Shown: positions 30,017 to 40,392 of the stretch, one piece after another | Numbering within the stretch: position 1 is the first letter of the stretch | How the letters are laid out: each line of letters begins with the position of its first letter | Assembly: GCA_963792965.1 (NCBI GenBank) | Contig: CAWBYW010000013.1 | Span: 32,001 to 96,000 of the forward strand | Origin: an uncultured delta proteobacterium | Lineage (GTDB): Bacteria; Desulfobacterota; Zymogenia; Zymogenales; Zymogenaceae | Length of the DNA: 64,000 nt | Direction: 5' to 3' | Position numbers and translations under genes: made by a program | Notes under the pieces: model-generated | The model's input: only the letters and a program-made list of their open reading frames with translations | The model's database searches: none | Told to the model about the DNA's origin: nothing

Positions 30017-32113
30017 ATGGCCAACAGGCTCTCCCGCGAAAAGAGCCCGTACCTCCTGGAACACGCCGAGAACCCGGTTGACTGGTTCCCCTGGGGAGAC
30101 GAGGCGCTCAACAAAGCTAAGATTGAAGACAAGCCGGTCTTCCTGTCGGTCGGTTACTCCTCCTGCCACTGGTGCCACGTGATGGCCCGGGAATCGTTCG
30201 AGGACCGGGAGGTGGCCAACCTCTTGAGCGAGCACTTCGTTTCGGTAAAGGTCGACCGCGAGGAGAGACCGGACATCGACGCGTTCTATATGGCCGCGTG
30301 TCAGGCGCTGACCGGGAGCGGCGGATGGCCCCTCTCCGTCTTCCTGAGGCCGGACGGCACGCCGTTCTTTGCCGGCACCTATTTCCCGAAGGATCCTCGC
30401 CACGGGATGCTCGGATTTGTCGAGGTCCTCACGGCGATTGCCCGGCTCTGGAGTGGCGATCGGGCGCACATAGACGCGGCCGGGCAAGAGGTGGCCCGGA
30501 TCCTCCAGCAACGTGAGGCGAGGGGGGAGGCCTCTCCGCTCGGCCCCGAAGCGCTGGATAGAGCATTCTTTTCGCTTCGGGACGTGTTCGACGAGCGATA
30601 TGGGGGGTTCGGGGGGGCGCCGAAGTTCCCGACGCCGCACCGGCTCTCGTTTCTCCTCTCCTATCATCGGGCGACAGGGAACGCACGCGCCCTCGATATG
30701 GTCACCCGGACCCTCGAACAGATGCGGTACGGCGGCATCTTTGACCAGATCGGGCTCGGCTTTCATCGCTACGCCGTCGACGAGCGGTGGCGCGTCCCCC
30801 ACTTCGAGAAGATGCTCGCGGACCAGGCGACGGCCGCAATGGCGTATATCGAAGCCTTTCAGGTGACACGGGACCCGTTTCATGAACGGGTCGCGCGGGA
30901 AATCTTTGCCTATGTGCTCGGAGATATGACCTCCCATGATGGGGGCTTCTTCACCGCCGAGGACGCCGACAGCGAAGGCCGGGAGGGCGCGTTCTATCTT
31001 TGGAGAAAAGACGAGTTCGAAAAGAGTCTTACGCCGGACGAGGCCGCGCGGGCGGCACGTTACTTCGGCATCAAGGCGGAAGGGAACATCATCGGGGCCG
31101 ATTTTGAGGAGGGGATGAATATCCCCTACGTCCCGGTTTCCCCTGACCAGTTCGCCGCTCTCGAGAAAATAAGCCCGGACGCGCTGGCGAGGGCGATCGA
31201 GAAGGCCCGCGTGAGGCTCCGTGCGGCGCGGGCGCGACGGAAACATCCCCTCCGGGACGACAAGGTTATCACCGCGCTCAACGGCCTCATGATAGCGGCG
31301 CTCGCAAAGGGGTATGGGGCCCTCGGCGATCGGACCTACCTCCGTGCGGCGACGGCCGCGGCGGACTTCGTGCTGGGTCGACTTGTTGATGAGAAAGGGC
31401 GATTGCTGCGCCGGTACCGGGACGGTGAGGCGGCGATAGGCGGCTTTTTGGACGACTACGCCTTCTTCGTCTGGGGCCTCATCGAGCTCTACGAAGCGGG
31501 ATTCGAGATCCGGTATTTGGAGGAAGCCGTCCGTCTGACGGCCGTGATGCTCGCCCTCTTCCGGGACAAAGAGACAGGGGGCCTGTTTGACTCGGGAGAC
31601 GAGGAGGGCGGGCTCATCGCCCGGATGAAAGAGGCGCGTGACAGTGCCGTACCTTCGGGCAACTCAGTAGCGGCACTAAACCTTATTCGCCTGTCCCGCA
31701 TGACGGGCAATGTCGAGCTTGCCGACGAGGCCGACCGAATTATGGCCGCCTTCTCCCCGTCCGTCCTGGCCGAGCCTTTGGCCCATATTCAGCTTTTGTG
31801 TGTCCTCGATGCGATGCGTGGCCCCTCTCAAGAGATCGTCATCGTCGGAGATGCGCATGACGCCTCCACCCAAGAGATGATCCGAGCGGCCCAGAGCTTT
31901 TTTCTCCCGAACAAGAGCCTCATCTTCGTGCCGCACGCCGACGATGCCGGGCGGCAAAGGATCGCGGAGATCGCCCCGTTTGTGCGTGAGATGCGGATGT
32001 CCGGCTCAAAGGCCACGACGTATATCTGTGAGAACTTCTCATGCGGCGTCCCCCTCACCAATCCGGATGAGGTCGAGGCGGCCTTGACTTCCCGGGATAA
32101 TCGGATAAAATAG
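30017..32113 (+). CDS. yyaL: YyaL/SSP411 (DUF255) thioredoxin-domain protein
   Basis: [41 protein letters not shown]. Confidence 0.92.
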   Translation: MANRLSREKSPYLLEHAENPVDWFPWGDEALNKAKIEDKPVFLSVGYSSCHWCHVMARESFEDREVANLLSEHFVSVKVDREERPDIDAFYMAACQALTGSGGWPLSVFLRPDGTPFFAGTYFPKDPRHGMLGFVEVLTAIARLWSGDRAHIDAAGQEVARILQQREARGEASPLGPEALDRAFFSLRDVFDERYGGFGGAPKFPTPHRLSFLLSYHRATGNARALDMVTRTLEQMRYGGIFDQIGLGFHRYAVDERWRVPHFEKMLADQATAAMAYIEAFQVTRDPFHERVAREIFAYVLGDMTSHDGGFFTAEDADSEGREGAFYLWRKDEFEKSLTPDEAARAARYFGIKAEGNIIGADFEEGMNIPYVPVSPDQFAALEKISPDALARAIEKARVRLRAARARRKHPLRDDKVITALNGLMIAALAKGYGALGDRTYLRAATAAADFVLGRLVDEKGRLLRRYRDGEAAIGGFLDDYAFFVWGLIELYEAGFEIRYLEEAVRLTAVMLALFRDKETGGLFDSGDEEGGLIARMKEARDSAVPSGNSVAALNLIRLSRMTGNVELADEADRIMAAFSPSVLAEPLAHIQLLCVLDAMRGPSQEIVIVGDAHDASTQEMIRAAQSFFLPNKSLIFVPHADDAGRQRIAEIAPFVREMRMSGSKATTYICENFSCGVPLTNPDEVEAALTSRDNRIK

Positions 32114-32140
32114 TAATAAGCCTTTTTTTGAGGATACACG

Positions 32141-32773
32141 TTGGTGACAGTGAATCATCTTCCGCGCGTATGGGCGTGCGCCGCAGTCCTCCTGATGGTG
32201 CTGTCCCTTTCGCTTGGGGCGGCGGCCGCCGAGATCAGGGAATACAATGGGATCGAGCTTTCTCCCTTCGACCGTAAATATGACAACTCGATCAAAGGGC
32301 CGCAAAAGGTCGATCCGAAGACTTATCGACTCGAGGTTACGGGGCTCGTGGAGAAACCCCTCTCGCTGACGTATGCTGAGGTGCTGTCGCTGTCCCACGT
32401 CAAGAAGGTCTTCACCCTTCACTGCGTCGAAGGATGGGACGAGACGCTCCTCTACGAGGGCGTGCTGCTCACAGACCTGCTGAGAAAGGCCGGGCCGAAA
32501 AAAGGGGTCAGGACCGTCATCTTCTGGGCCGCCGACGGCTACTCTTCGTCAGTCCCCTACGACTGGGCGGTTAAGAAAAATATCATGCTCGGGGCGAAAA
32601 TCAACGGGAGGACACTGGACGACAAGCGCGGTTTCCCGTTTCAGGTTGTCGCCGACGATAAGCTCGGCTACAAGTGGGTAAAATGGCTTGTAAAGATCAC
32701 GCTTTCCGATAAGGACTATAAAGGCTTCTGGGAGCGTCGGGGCTACTCAAATGACGCGGACGTTGACCAGTGA
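32141..32773 (+). CDS. Exported molybdopterin-binding oxidoreductase (sulfite oxidase/MsrP-like)
   Basis: Signal peptide, LEVTGLV, LHCVEGW, GFPF, GYKWVKW, GFWERRGY. Confidence 0.85.
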   Translation: MVTVNHLPRVWACAAVLLMVLSLSLGAAAAEIREYNGIELSPFDRKYDNSIKGPQKVDPKTYRLEVTGLVEKPLSLTYAEVLSLSHVKKVFTLHCVEGWDETLLYEGVLLTDLLRKAGPKKGVRTVIFWAADGYSSSVPYDWAVKKNIMLGAKINGRTLDDKRGFPFQVVADDKLGYKWVKWLVKITLSDKDYKGFWERRGYSNDADVDQ

Positions 32774-32776
32774 GAC

Positions 32777-33706
32777 ATGGAGAAAACCCTCCGTTTCATA
32801 TTCGACCGCAATCTCATCTTCACACTATCTTTTTTTCTGGGGCTTCTCCTCCCCGAGGGCCTTCCCTATACGCTGTGGCTCCTCTTGCCGAGCCTCGCGC
32901 TGGTGATAGCCGTCTCCACCCTCTCGGTCGGATCGGACATATTCCGCTCTCCCCGGGTCTTCATCAACAACTCCCTGGTCGGCGTGGCGGTCAACTATCT
33001 ATTGATGAGCGGCGTCACGATCCTGGCCGGCTACCTGCTTGTTTCAGACCCGCAGCTGCGGGCCGGTTTTGTCCTGGTGGCGGCGGTCCCGGCCGCCTCG
33101 GCGGTCGTCCCGTTTGCCGACGTGCTTGGCGGAGATAGGACCCTCGCCCTGCTCGGTATGATCGGAGGGCTCCTGTTCGCCTTCGTGATGCTCCCCCTCA
33201 TTACGGTTCTCTTCGTCGGGTCAAACCTCCTGGATCCGAAAAAGCTGTTGCTGATCCTGGTGGAGCTGTCCATCGTCCCGCTGCTTGTCTCGCGGCTTTT
33301 CCGGGCCGTTCGGCTGGATACCCCAATGGAACCGTACAGGGGGCCGATCACAAATCTCTCCCTCGGCGTCGCCTTCTACATCATGGTGGCGGTCAACCAC
33401 GACATCATCGTTCATCAGACGCCGGTGCTGGTCCGGGTGGTCATCGTGGGGCTCATCATATCGGTGGTATCGGGCGGTATCGTGCTGGCGGCCGCGCGGA
33501 TCTTGTCCGTCGATCGGCGGACGCAGATCAGCCTCCTTCTGTTGGCGACGCTCAAGAACTACGCCATCTCGGCGGGCCTCGGGCTCATCCTCTTCTCGAG
33601 CCGGGCCGCCCTTCCGTCGGTGGTCATGACGATTATCATGATTCCCTACATTGTCGTTCTCGATCTTTTTGTGAGAAGAGGGAAAATGGGGGGAGAAGTT
33701 CATTGA
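32777..33706 (+). CDS. Bile acid:sodium symporter (BASS)-like transporter
   Basis: About 9-10 TM helices, VPAASA and KNY motifs. Confidence 0.7.
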   Translation: MEKTLRFIFDRNLIFTLSFFLGLLLPEGLPYTLWLLLPSLALVIAVSTLSVGSDIFRSPRVFINNSLVGVAVNYLLMSGVTILAGYLLVSDPQLRAGFVLVAAVPAASAVVPFADVLGGDRTLALLGMIGGLLFAFVMLPLITVLFVGSNLLDPKKLLLILVELSIVPLLVSRLFRAVRLDTPMEPYRGPITNLSLGVAFYIMVAVNHDIIVHQTPVLVRVVIVGLIISVVSGGIVLAAARILSVDRRTQISLLLLATLKNYAISAGLGLILFSSRAALPSVVMTIIMIPYIVVLDLFVRRGKMGGEVH

Positions 33707-33767
33707 AAAAACGGCCTTTCATGGTTATAATAGAGCTACATGAACCGTTACAAGGCGAGGTTTTGCT

Positions 33768-33968
33768 ATGAAGACGATAAAGGTTAAAGGCATGTCGTGC
33801 GATCATTGCGTCATGGCCGTCACGAAAGCGCTGGAGGGCATCGAGGGGGTCAAGAACGTCAAGGTGAATCTGAAGAAAGGAGAGGCGACCTTCGACGAGA
33901 AGGCTCCCGTCGACATGAAGATCGTAAAAGAAAAGATCGAGGACGCGGGTTACGAGGTCGCGGGATAG
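33768..33968 (+). CDS. copZ: CopZ-like heavy-metal chaperone
   Basis: GMSCDHC heavy-metal-associated motif, IEDAGY. Confidence 0.9.
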   Translation: MKTIKVKGMSCDHCVMAVTKALEGIEGVKNVKVNLKKGEATFDEKAPVDMKIVKEKIEDAGYEVAG

Positions 33969-34093
33969 GCCGCAGCCCCGCCATGCGCACAACATCGGCG
34001 TCGCGTCTTGACGCCTTGTTTATTGTGTGGCCCGGGGTCCGGCGGTTGTAAGAAACGAGCAGAAATAATGATCGAAAAGGAGTCGGGTGCGCG

Positions 34094-34852
34094 ATGCTAC
34101 GAATAGAAGATCTCAAGGTAGAAATCGAGGGAAGGGTGGTCCTTGACCACGTGGACCTCGAAGTGCCGGAAGGCAAGACCCACGTGCTGTTCGGCCCGAA
34201 CGGCTCCGGTAAGACATCGCTCCTCATGACTATCATGGGATTTGAGGGGTACAAGGTGTTGCACGGAAAGATATTCTTCAAAGGACAGGACATCACAAGC
34301 CTTCCGATTTACGAGCGCGCGAAGCTCGGCATCGGGATGTCCTTTCAGCGGCCGCCGTCCGTTGACGGGCTCAAGCTCGGGGAGCTGTTACGCCTCATCG
34401 GATGCGATGAAGACAAGGTCGAATCGATCGCCTCGGAGATAAAATTCGAGACGTTTTTAGGTCGGGATGTAAACGTCGGGTTTTCAGGCGGGGAGATCAA
34501 GCGATCGGAGCTGTTACAGCTCATGGCTCAGCAGCCTGAGTTGCTTCTCTTCGACGAGCCGGAGTCGGGGGTCGATCTGGAGAGCATCTCCCTGATCGGC
34601 AACGCCATCAACGACCTCATCAAGGGAACCGACGGGGGCGGCGGGCGCTATTGCCATAAGACGGAGCGGGCAAAGCGTCAACGGTCCGGGCTCATCATCA
34701 CGCATACCGGATACATCCTGGATTACGTGGACGCCGACGAGGGCCATGTATTGTATAACGGCAGTATCGCCTGCCAGGCAAATGCGCGGGAGCTCCTCAG
34801 GGAGATATCCGTCAACGGCTATGGAGAATGTCTGAAATGCCAGGTCCAGTAG
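34094..34852 (+). CDS. sufC: SufC-like (SmsC) Fe-S assembly ATPase
   Basis: GPNGSGKT, FSGGEIKR, DEPESGVD, C-terminal ECLKC. Confidence 0.88.
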   Translation: MLRIEDLKVEIEGRVVLDHVDLEVPEGKTHVLFGPNGSGKTSLLMTIMGFEGYKVLHGKIFFKGQDITSLPIYERAKLGIGMSFQRPPSVDGLKLGELLRLIGCDEDKVESIASEIKFETFLGRDVNVGFSGGEIKRSELLQLMAQQPELLLFDEPESGVDLESISLIGNAINDLIKGTDGGGGRYCHKTERAKRQRSGLIITHTGYILDYVDADEGHVLYNGSIACQANARELLREISVNGYGECLKCQVQ

Positions 34853-36012
34853 ACAAGAAGAATATCGTTGATCGGTTTATCAACGAGGGCGGGCAGCACG
34901 CGTATATCGAAGATCTCGGCACGGTCTCCGAAAAGGACGAGAAGCGGATGCGCCTGGCCGGAATCGAAACGACCAAGGCGGGCCGCTCCGGCACCTACCT
35001 CCAGAAAGACCACAGCCTCGTCCACTGTAACGTGGCCCAGGACGGACTGGAGGTGATGGACATCAACACCGCGCTGAAGACCCACGGGTGGGTGGACGAC
35101 TATCTCTGGGGCCTGATAAAGCCCGATAAGGACGAGTTCACGATGCGAGCCAAGGAAAAGCCGCATCTCGGCTACTTCATCCGCGCCCTGCCGGGCGTGA
35201 AATCGCTGTCGCCGGTGCAGGCCTGTCTCTATCTTGCAACCGACAAGATGTCCCAGAACGTCCACAATGTCATCATCGCCGAGGAGGGGTCGGAGCTCCA
35301 CATCATCACCGGCTGTTCGACGGCGCCGGGGGTCGCCAGCGGGCTTCATATCGGCATCTCGGAATTCTACATCAAGAAGGGGGCGAAGCTCTCCTTTACG
35401 ATGATCCATAACTGGTCGGAGGGGGTCGTCGTGCGTCCCCGCTCGTCGATCCTGGTGGAGGAGAACGGCCGGTTTATCAACAACTACATCGTCTTGAATC
35501 CGGTCGAGTCTATACAGATGTACCCCTCGACACACTTGAAGGGCGATAATTCGGTGGCGAGCCTCAACTCGATCCTCGTGGCGCCCAAGGGGTCGCATCT
35601 CGACATCGGCGGGCGGGTCGTGTTGTCGGGGAAGAACACGCGCGCCGAGATCATCGCCCGCGCCATTACCACGGGCGGAACGATCATCTCCCGCGGGCAG
35701 CTCGTCGGCGAAGTGCCGGGGATCAAGGCCCACCTCGAGTGCAAGGGGCTGATCCTCGAGGGCGGGGGAAGCATCATCGCGATCCCGGAGCTCGAGGGCA
35801 ATGCCGCGGACGTCGAGCTTTCCCACGAGGCGGCGGTGGGCCGCATCAATCAGGATGAGATCAACTACCTCATGGCACGTGGGCTCACCGAGGACGAGGC
35901 CGTCGGCGTGATCGTGCGAGGATTTCTCCGCGTGGATATAGAAGGACTCCCCGAGGAGCTCAGGGCCGAGATCGACAGGAATATCCGAAAAGGTCAGAAG
36001 GAGTATATGTAG
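34828..36012 (+). CDS. sufB: SufB/SufD-family (SmsB) Fe-S scaffold protein
   Basis: IITGC, QMYP, HLECKGL, ELSHEAAVGRI, YLMARGL. Confidence 0.88.
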   Translation: MSEMPGPVDKKNIVDRFINEGGQHAYIEDLGTVSEKDEKRMRLAGIETTKAGRSGTYLQKDHSLVHCNVAQDGLEVMDINTALKTHGWVDDYLWGLIKPDKDEFTMRAKEKPHLGYFIRALPGVKSLSPVQACLYLATDKMSQNVHNVIIAEEGSELHIITGCSTAPGVASGLHIGISEFYIKKGAKLSFTMIHNWSEGVVVRPRSSILVEENGRFINNYIVLNPVESIQMYPSTHLKGDNSVASLNSILVAPKGSHLDIGGRVVLSGKNTRAEIIARAITTGGTIISRGQLVGEVPGIKAHLECKGLILEGGGSIIAIPELEGNAADVELSHEAAVGRINQDEINYLMARGLTEDEAVGVIVRGFLRVDIEGLPEELRAEIDRNIRKGQKEYM

Positions 36013-36014
36013 CC

Positions 36015-36974
36015 GTGCTTGTGCTCGGAATCTCCGGCAGCCCCCGCGAGGGGGGCAATACCGATACGCTTCTTTCCGAGTTTCTCGCCGAGGCTCAGGT
36101 GCTGGGCGCGAGGGTACAAAAGATCGTCCCCGCGCGGATGAAGATCAGGCCGTGCATCGAATGCCGCACATGCGAGGACAAGGGCTTTTGCTCCATTGAT
36201 GACGAAATGGGCGAGGTGTACCGGCTTCTCAGGGAGGCCGACGTGTTAGCTGTCGCCAGCCCGATCTTTTTTTATGGGGTGACGGGGTCGCTTAAGGCGC
36301 TCATCGACCGGACCCAGTGCCTCTGGGCGAGGCGATCGGTCCTCAAGATCGTCGACCCCGGGGCGCCGTCGAGAAAGGGAGTATTCATATCGGTGGGAGC
36401 GACGAAGGGCGAAAAGCTCTTCGATGGAGCGGGACTTACGATGAAATATTTCTTCGACGCCGTCGGGGCACGGCTTTCGGGCAGTCTCCTCTATCGTCGT
36501 ATCGAACACCTCGGCGATATCGAGAGACATCCGACGGCGCTCTCAGATGCCCGGGCGCTGGCCCGTGAGGTCGCCGGACCCCTCGTGAGGCGAAAGAAGA
36601 TCCTCTATCTCTGCAGGGAAAACGCGGCCAGGAGCCAGATGGCCCAGGCTTTTACGAGATACCGGGCGGCCGACCGGATTGAGGCGTCCAGCGCCGGAGA
36701 CGCTCCGGCCGAAGAAATCAACCCCGACATGGTTCGGGTCATGGCGGAGCAGGGCATCGATATGGGCTTCATCCGGCCCCGGTCCGTATCGGAGGCACTG
36801 GCGGCCGGGGACCCCGATCTGGCGGTGACGATGGGATGCATGGACGCCTGTCCGGTGCTTCCCGGAGTCGACGTGATCGATTGGGGGATTGCCGACCCCG
36901 CGTCGGGGGGGATCGAGACAATGCGGGAGACACGGGACGAAATAGCGCGACGAGTCGACGGCCTTATCGGTTGA
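36015..36974 (+). CDS. Iron-sulfur flavoprotein domain fused to an ArsC/LMW-PTP-like domain
   Basis: GSPREGGNT and CIECRTCEDKGFC; then LCRENAARSQMA, GCMDACP, WGIADP. Confidence 0.85.
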   Translation: MLVLGISGSPREGGNTDTLLSEFLAEAQVLGARVQKIVPARMKIRPCIECRTCEDKGFCSIDDEMGEVYRLLREADVLAVASPIFFYGVTGSLKALIDRTQCLWARRSVLKIVDPGAPSRKGVFISVGATKGEKLFDGAGLTMKYFFDAVGARLSGSLLYRRIEHLGDIERHPTALSDARALAREVAGPLVRRKKILYLCRENAARSQMAQAFTRYRAADRIEASSAGDAPAEEINPDMVRVMAEQGIDMGFIRPRSVSEALAAGDPDLAVTMGCMDACPVLPGVDVIDWGIADPASGGIETMRETRDEIARRVDGLIG

Positions 36975-37049
36975 TACGGCCGTTTGTCAGGTTATCGGAT
37001 TGGCTATTCTATTATGAGATGCGGAAAATAAGGGACAGGAGGTTATTAT

Positions 37050-37208
37050 ATGGATAAGTATGTCTGTACGGTTTGCGGCTACATCTACGATCCCGCGAAG
37101 GGCGACCCGGACGGCAAAATCCCCCCCGGCACCCCCTTCGAGAAGCTTCCGGACGACTGGACCTGCCCGGTCTGCGGGGCGGCAAAGAGCGAATTCGAAA
37201 AGGAATAA
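37050..37208 (+). CDS. rub: Rubredoxin (52 aa; below the ORF-track cutoff)
   Basis: [52 protein letters not shown]; AGGAGG RBS. Confidence 0.97.
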   Translation: MDKYVCTVCGYIYDPAKGDPDGKIPPGTPFEKLPDDWTCPVCGAAKSEFEKE

Positions 37209-37234
37209 TAATCACATACGAGAGGAGACGAGAG

Positions 37235-37483
37235 ATGGACGAGCCGAAGGTAAAACTTTACTCGACCCCTACGTGACCCTACTGCAAGAAAGCGAAAGAG
37301 TTTCTTTCGCAAAAGGGAATCGCATACGAGGATTTTGACGTCACCCAGGACAGAAACGCCCTCGAGGAGATGCGTCGGATCACCAACGGCGGCCTGAGCG
37401 TGCCGGTTCTCCACATCGGCAACGAGGTCATCGTCGGGTTCGACGAGGAGCGGATATCCAAGGCGCTCGGGCTGAAAAAATAG
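37235..37483 (+). CDS. Selenocysteine-containing glutaredoxin-like (NrdH/YruB-type) protein
   Basis: MDEPKVKLYSTPT-TGA-PYCKKAKEFLSQKGIAYEDFDV...SVPVLHIGNEVIVGFDE...LGLKK*; the TGA at 37274-37276 replaces the first Cys of CPYC. Confidence 0.9.
37277..37318 (+). other. Bacterial SECIS-like hairpin
   Basis: GCGAAAGA-GTT-TCTTTCGC (37292-37310), an 8-bp stem whose loop starts with G, 15 nt after the UGA; basal CCCT/AGGG pairing. Confidence 0.75.
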
Positions 37484-37630
37484 TTCGATCGTGCCGACGC
37501 GCCCGAGACGCGCAAACCGCGGCCGCACATACGGGGCGCGGGTCCGTCCGCCCGCCCATGTGGACGGCGGACGCGTCCGAAGCTGTGAAGGTCTGCGATC
37601 GCTCGGGCGGACCTTCATGAGGATCGTGCC

Positions 37631-38818
37631 ATGAAGACAGTTGTCATGTATACGCTTGCCGACTGCCCGTTCTGCGCGCGGGCCAAGCTCTTCCTCAAGG
37701 AGAAGGGAATCGAGTTTGAGGAGATAGAAGTTCGGCCCGGATCGCGGGAGTGGGACGCGATGAAGAAGGTGGCCAAGAGCGGCTCGCTGCCGCAGATCCT
37801 CATCGATAACAAACCGATCGGCGGTTACGGTGATCTGGTCCACCTGGAGGCGACAGGCGAGCTCTATGAGCTTCTCGGAAAACCGTTGGCGCAAAAGCCG
37901 CCGCCGATCTACGACGTCATTATCGTCGGCGGGGGGCCGGCGGGCCTATCGGCCGCAATCTATACCGCCCGAAAGCTCATGAAGACGATCCTCATCAGCA
38001 TGAACATCGGCGGCCAGGTGACCGACACCTTCGATATCGAGAACTACCTTGGTTTTTCCGAGATCGAGACGGCCGACCTGATCAAGCGCTTCGAGGAGCA
38101 CGTCCTCAAGTATGGGGTGGAGAAAGTGTCGGGGGTGGAGGTCATTTCCCTGGATTTGAGCGGAAAGATCAAGAAGGTCTTTACCGGCGACGGGAAGCTG
38201 TATCTATCCCGGACGGTCATCCTATCCATGGGCAAGCGACCCCGTACCCTTAACGTCCCGGGCGAGAAGGAGCTTATCGGCAAGGGGGTAGCCTACTGTT
38301 CCACCTGCGACGCGCCCCTCTTTAAGGATATGGACACGGCGGTGGTCGGAGGTGGAAACTCGGCGCTGGAGGCGGCGCTTGATCTTGTGAAGGTGGCGCG
38401 GAAGGTCTACGTGGTATCGATTACTCCCCTCACGGGTGACGCGATCCTCATCGACAAATTGAAGTCGTCGGCCAACGTCGAGATCTTCACCGAATACACG
38501 ACACTGAAGATCATCGGGGAGCGCGTTGTGGAAGGGATAGAGATCGGGCGCTTGGAAGAGAGTGAAACGAAGAGACTCGATGTCCAGGGCGTCTTCATCG
38601 AGATCGGGCTTCTTCCAAATTCGGACCTCGTCGTCGACACGCTGGCGGTCAACAAGGTCGGCGAGATCCAGATCAACTGCGAGTGTAAGACAGGGCTTGC
38701 CGGGGTGTTTGCCGCAGGAGACGTGACGGACGTTCCCTTCAAGCAGGTCATTATTGCCGCGGGGGAGGGGGCCAAGGCGGCGCTTGCCGCCTACGACTAC
38801 CTGTTGAATCAGAACTAA
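37631..38818 (+). CDS. Glutaredoxin fused to a thioredoxin-reductase/AhpF-like flavoprotein
   Basis: N-terminal CPFC...LPQI...IGG; then GGGPAG, YCSTCD, GGGNSA, FAAGD. Confidence 0.9.
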   Translation: MKTVVMYTLADCPFCARAKLFLKEKGIEFEEIEVRPGSREWDAMKKVAKSGSLPQILIDNKPIGGYGDLVHLEATGELYELLGKPLAQKPPPIYDVIIVGGGPAGLSAAIYTARKLMKTILISMNIGGQVTDTFDIENYLGFSEIETADLIKRFEEHVLKYGVEKVSGVEVISLDLSGKIKKVFTGDGKLYLSRTVILSMGKRPRTLNVPGEKELIGKGVAYCSTCDAPLFKDMDTAVVGGGNSALEAALDLVKVARKVYVVSITPLTGDAILIDKLKSSANVEIFTEYTTLKIIGERVVEGIEIGRLEESETKRLDVQGVFIEIGLLPNSDLVVDTLAVNKVGEIQINCECKTGLAGVFAAGDVTDVPFKQVIIAAGEGAKAALAAYDYLLNQN

Positions 38819-38824
38819 CCTATT

Positions 38825-39604
38825 TTGGGAATGAACGTGGAGACTAAGCCCGGAGACTACAAATCGCTTGAGCAGTACCTGACGCAGATGCTCGGGCTTT
38901 CCGATCGCCCCATCGGATTTCATTACACGAATAAACCTCCCGAGGGATCAGTCACCGTCACCAAAAAGAGCCGGGTCTGCATCTACCCGTTTCTGAACCA
39001 GGTGAGGAAGGGGAAAACCGTTTTCTTCGCCAAGGAGTGGAAGGCGTGCCGGGGAGGCGCGTTCTACCTCGGCTATAAGAAGAGCCTCATGCCGAAAGCG
39101 GGGATGTTCATTTCCACCGGGATCCCCAACCTCATGCCGGGGGAGCGGTACAAGAAAGACCCCGAGCTCGGGGAGGAGGTCGTCGCCCTCATGGAGCATG
39201 TGCCGGCAGGGGGCGACTTTATCGTGTTTCGGCCGCTGGGCGAATTTGAGCACGACGCTCCCCCCGAGGCCGCCGTTATCTTCGGCAACGCAGACGTCAT
39301 GGGAGCGCTGCTGTTCCTTGCCAACTTCTCTCGGCCCGGCAAGGACAACGTCATGGTTCAGTTCTCGTCGGGCTGCTACAGCCTTTTTACCGAGCCGCGG
39401 ATCCAGGCCCGGCGTGACGTCCCCAAGGCCGTCCTGGGCAGCTTCGACGTCAGCTGTCGGCCCTACCTTGACCCCTGCACCTTGACGTTTGCGGCCCCGG
39501 ACGCGATGCTCTGGGAGATGGCGAGTGAGGCGCCCGAGAGCTTTCTTACGATCGCGCCCTGGACGAAGATCAGGGGGCGAAAGGGCCGTGGAGTTTCCCG
39601 ATAG
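38825..39604 (+). CDS. DUF169 family protein
   Basis: CRGGAFYLG, GERYKK, FSSGC, GSFDVSCRP pattern. Confidence 0.7.
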   Translation: MGMNVETKPGDYKSLEQYLTQMLGLSDRPIGFHYTNKPPEGSVTVTKKSRVCIYPFLNQVRKGKTVFFAKEWKACRGGAFYLGYKKSLMPKAGMFISTGIPNLMPGERYKKDPELGEEVVALMEHVPAGGDFIVFRPLGEFEHDAPPEAAVIFGNADVMGALLFLANFSRPGKDNVMVQFSSGCYSLFTEPRIQARRDVPKAVLGSFDVSCRPYLDPCTLTFAAPDAMLWEMASEAPESFLTIAPWTKIRGRKGRGVSR

Positions 39605-40280
39605 GTTGGTAGCCGGGCGGTTCGTCGGCCGCCCGAACAGGTTCCTGGCGCTGGTGGAGTGCGGCGGGCGCGAAGTCACGGCGCACCTGGCCAATACCGG
39701 GAGGCTTTCCGAAATCCTCGTCCCAGGCAGGCCCGTCTATCTGCTGCCGGCCAAAAATCCCCACCGGAAGACCGCCTTTTCCCTCATCCTTGCCGATCTT
39801 GACGGCGTCTTGGTAGGGCTTAACTCGGCGGCGGCAAACGACGTCGCGTATGAATACCTTTCGCGACGGCTCTTCGATCCCTTCTCGTCGTACGCCCTAA
39901 TCCGCCGGGAGGTCACCTTTACCGACGGACGCTACGACCTGTTTCTCACCGAGCAGGGACTGCCCGATCTCATCGTGGAGGTTAAGGGGGTAAACCTCGT
40001 CCGTGGGGGGAGGGCGCTTTTCCCCGACGCACCAACCGAGCGAGGGACAAAACACCTCCGCGGGCTTATGGAGGCTCGGGAGCGGGGTTTGAGGGCGGCG
40101 GCCCTCTTCGTGGTCATGCGGGATGACGCGCAGACGTTTTCCCCCAACGATGAGGCCGACGCCCGATTCGCGGCGGCCCTGCGGGCCGCGCACGGGCGCG
40201 GCGTGGAGCTCTTCGCGCTTGTGACCCGGGTAACAGTGACTCGCATGGACATTACGGGCGCTATCCCGGTCGTGTTGTAG
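39588..40280 (+). CDS. sfsA: SfsA (sugar fermentation stimulation) nuclease-fold protein
   Basis: RPNRF, HLANTGR, EVKGVNL, FPDAPTERGTKHL; GTG start at 39588. Confidence 0.92.
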   Translation: MEFPDRLVAGRFVGRPNRFLALVECGGREVTAHLANTGRLSEILVPGRPVYLLPAKNPHRKTAFSLILADLDGVLVGLNSAAANDVAYEYLSRRLFDPFSSYALIRREVTFTDGRYDLFLTEQGLPDLIVEVKGVNLVRGGRALFPDAPTERGTKHLRGLMEARERGLRAAALFVVMRDDAQTFSPNDEADARFAAALRAAHGRGVELFALVTRVTVTRMDITGAIPVVL

Positions 40281-40392
40281 TCTTGCCGTCCGCATCAGTG
40301 ACCCCGGTCGTCTTCCCCGGCAGGATGCTTTCCGCTCACATGGGACTATTAACGATATGTGGGGTCATGAAGGCCTAAGTAGGGCCGCGGGC

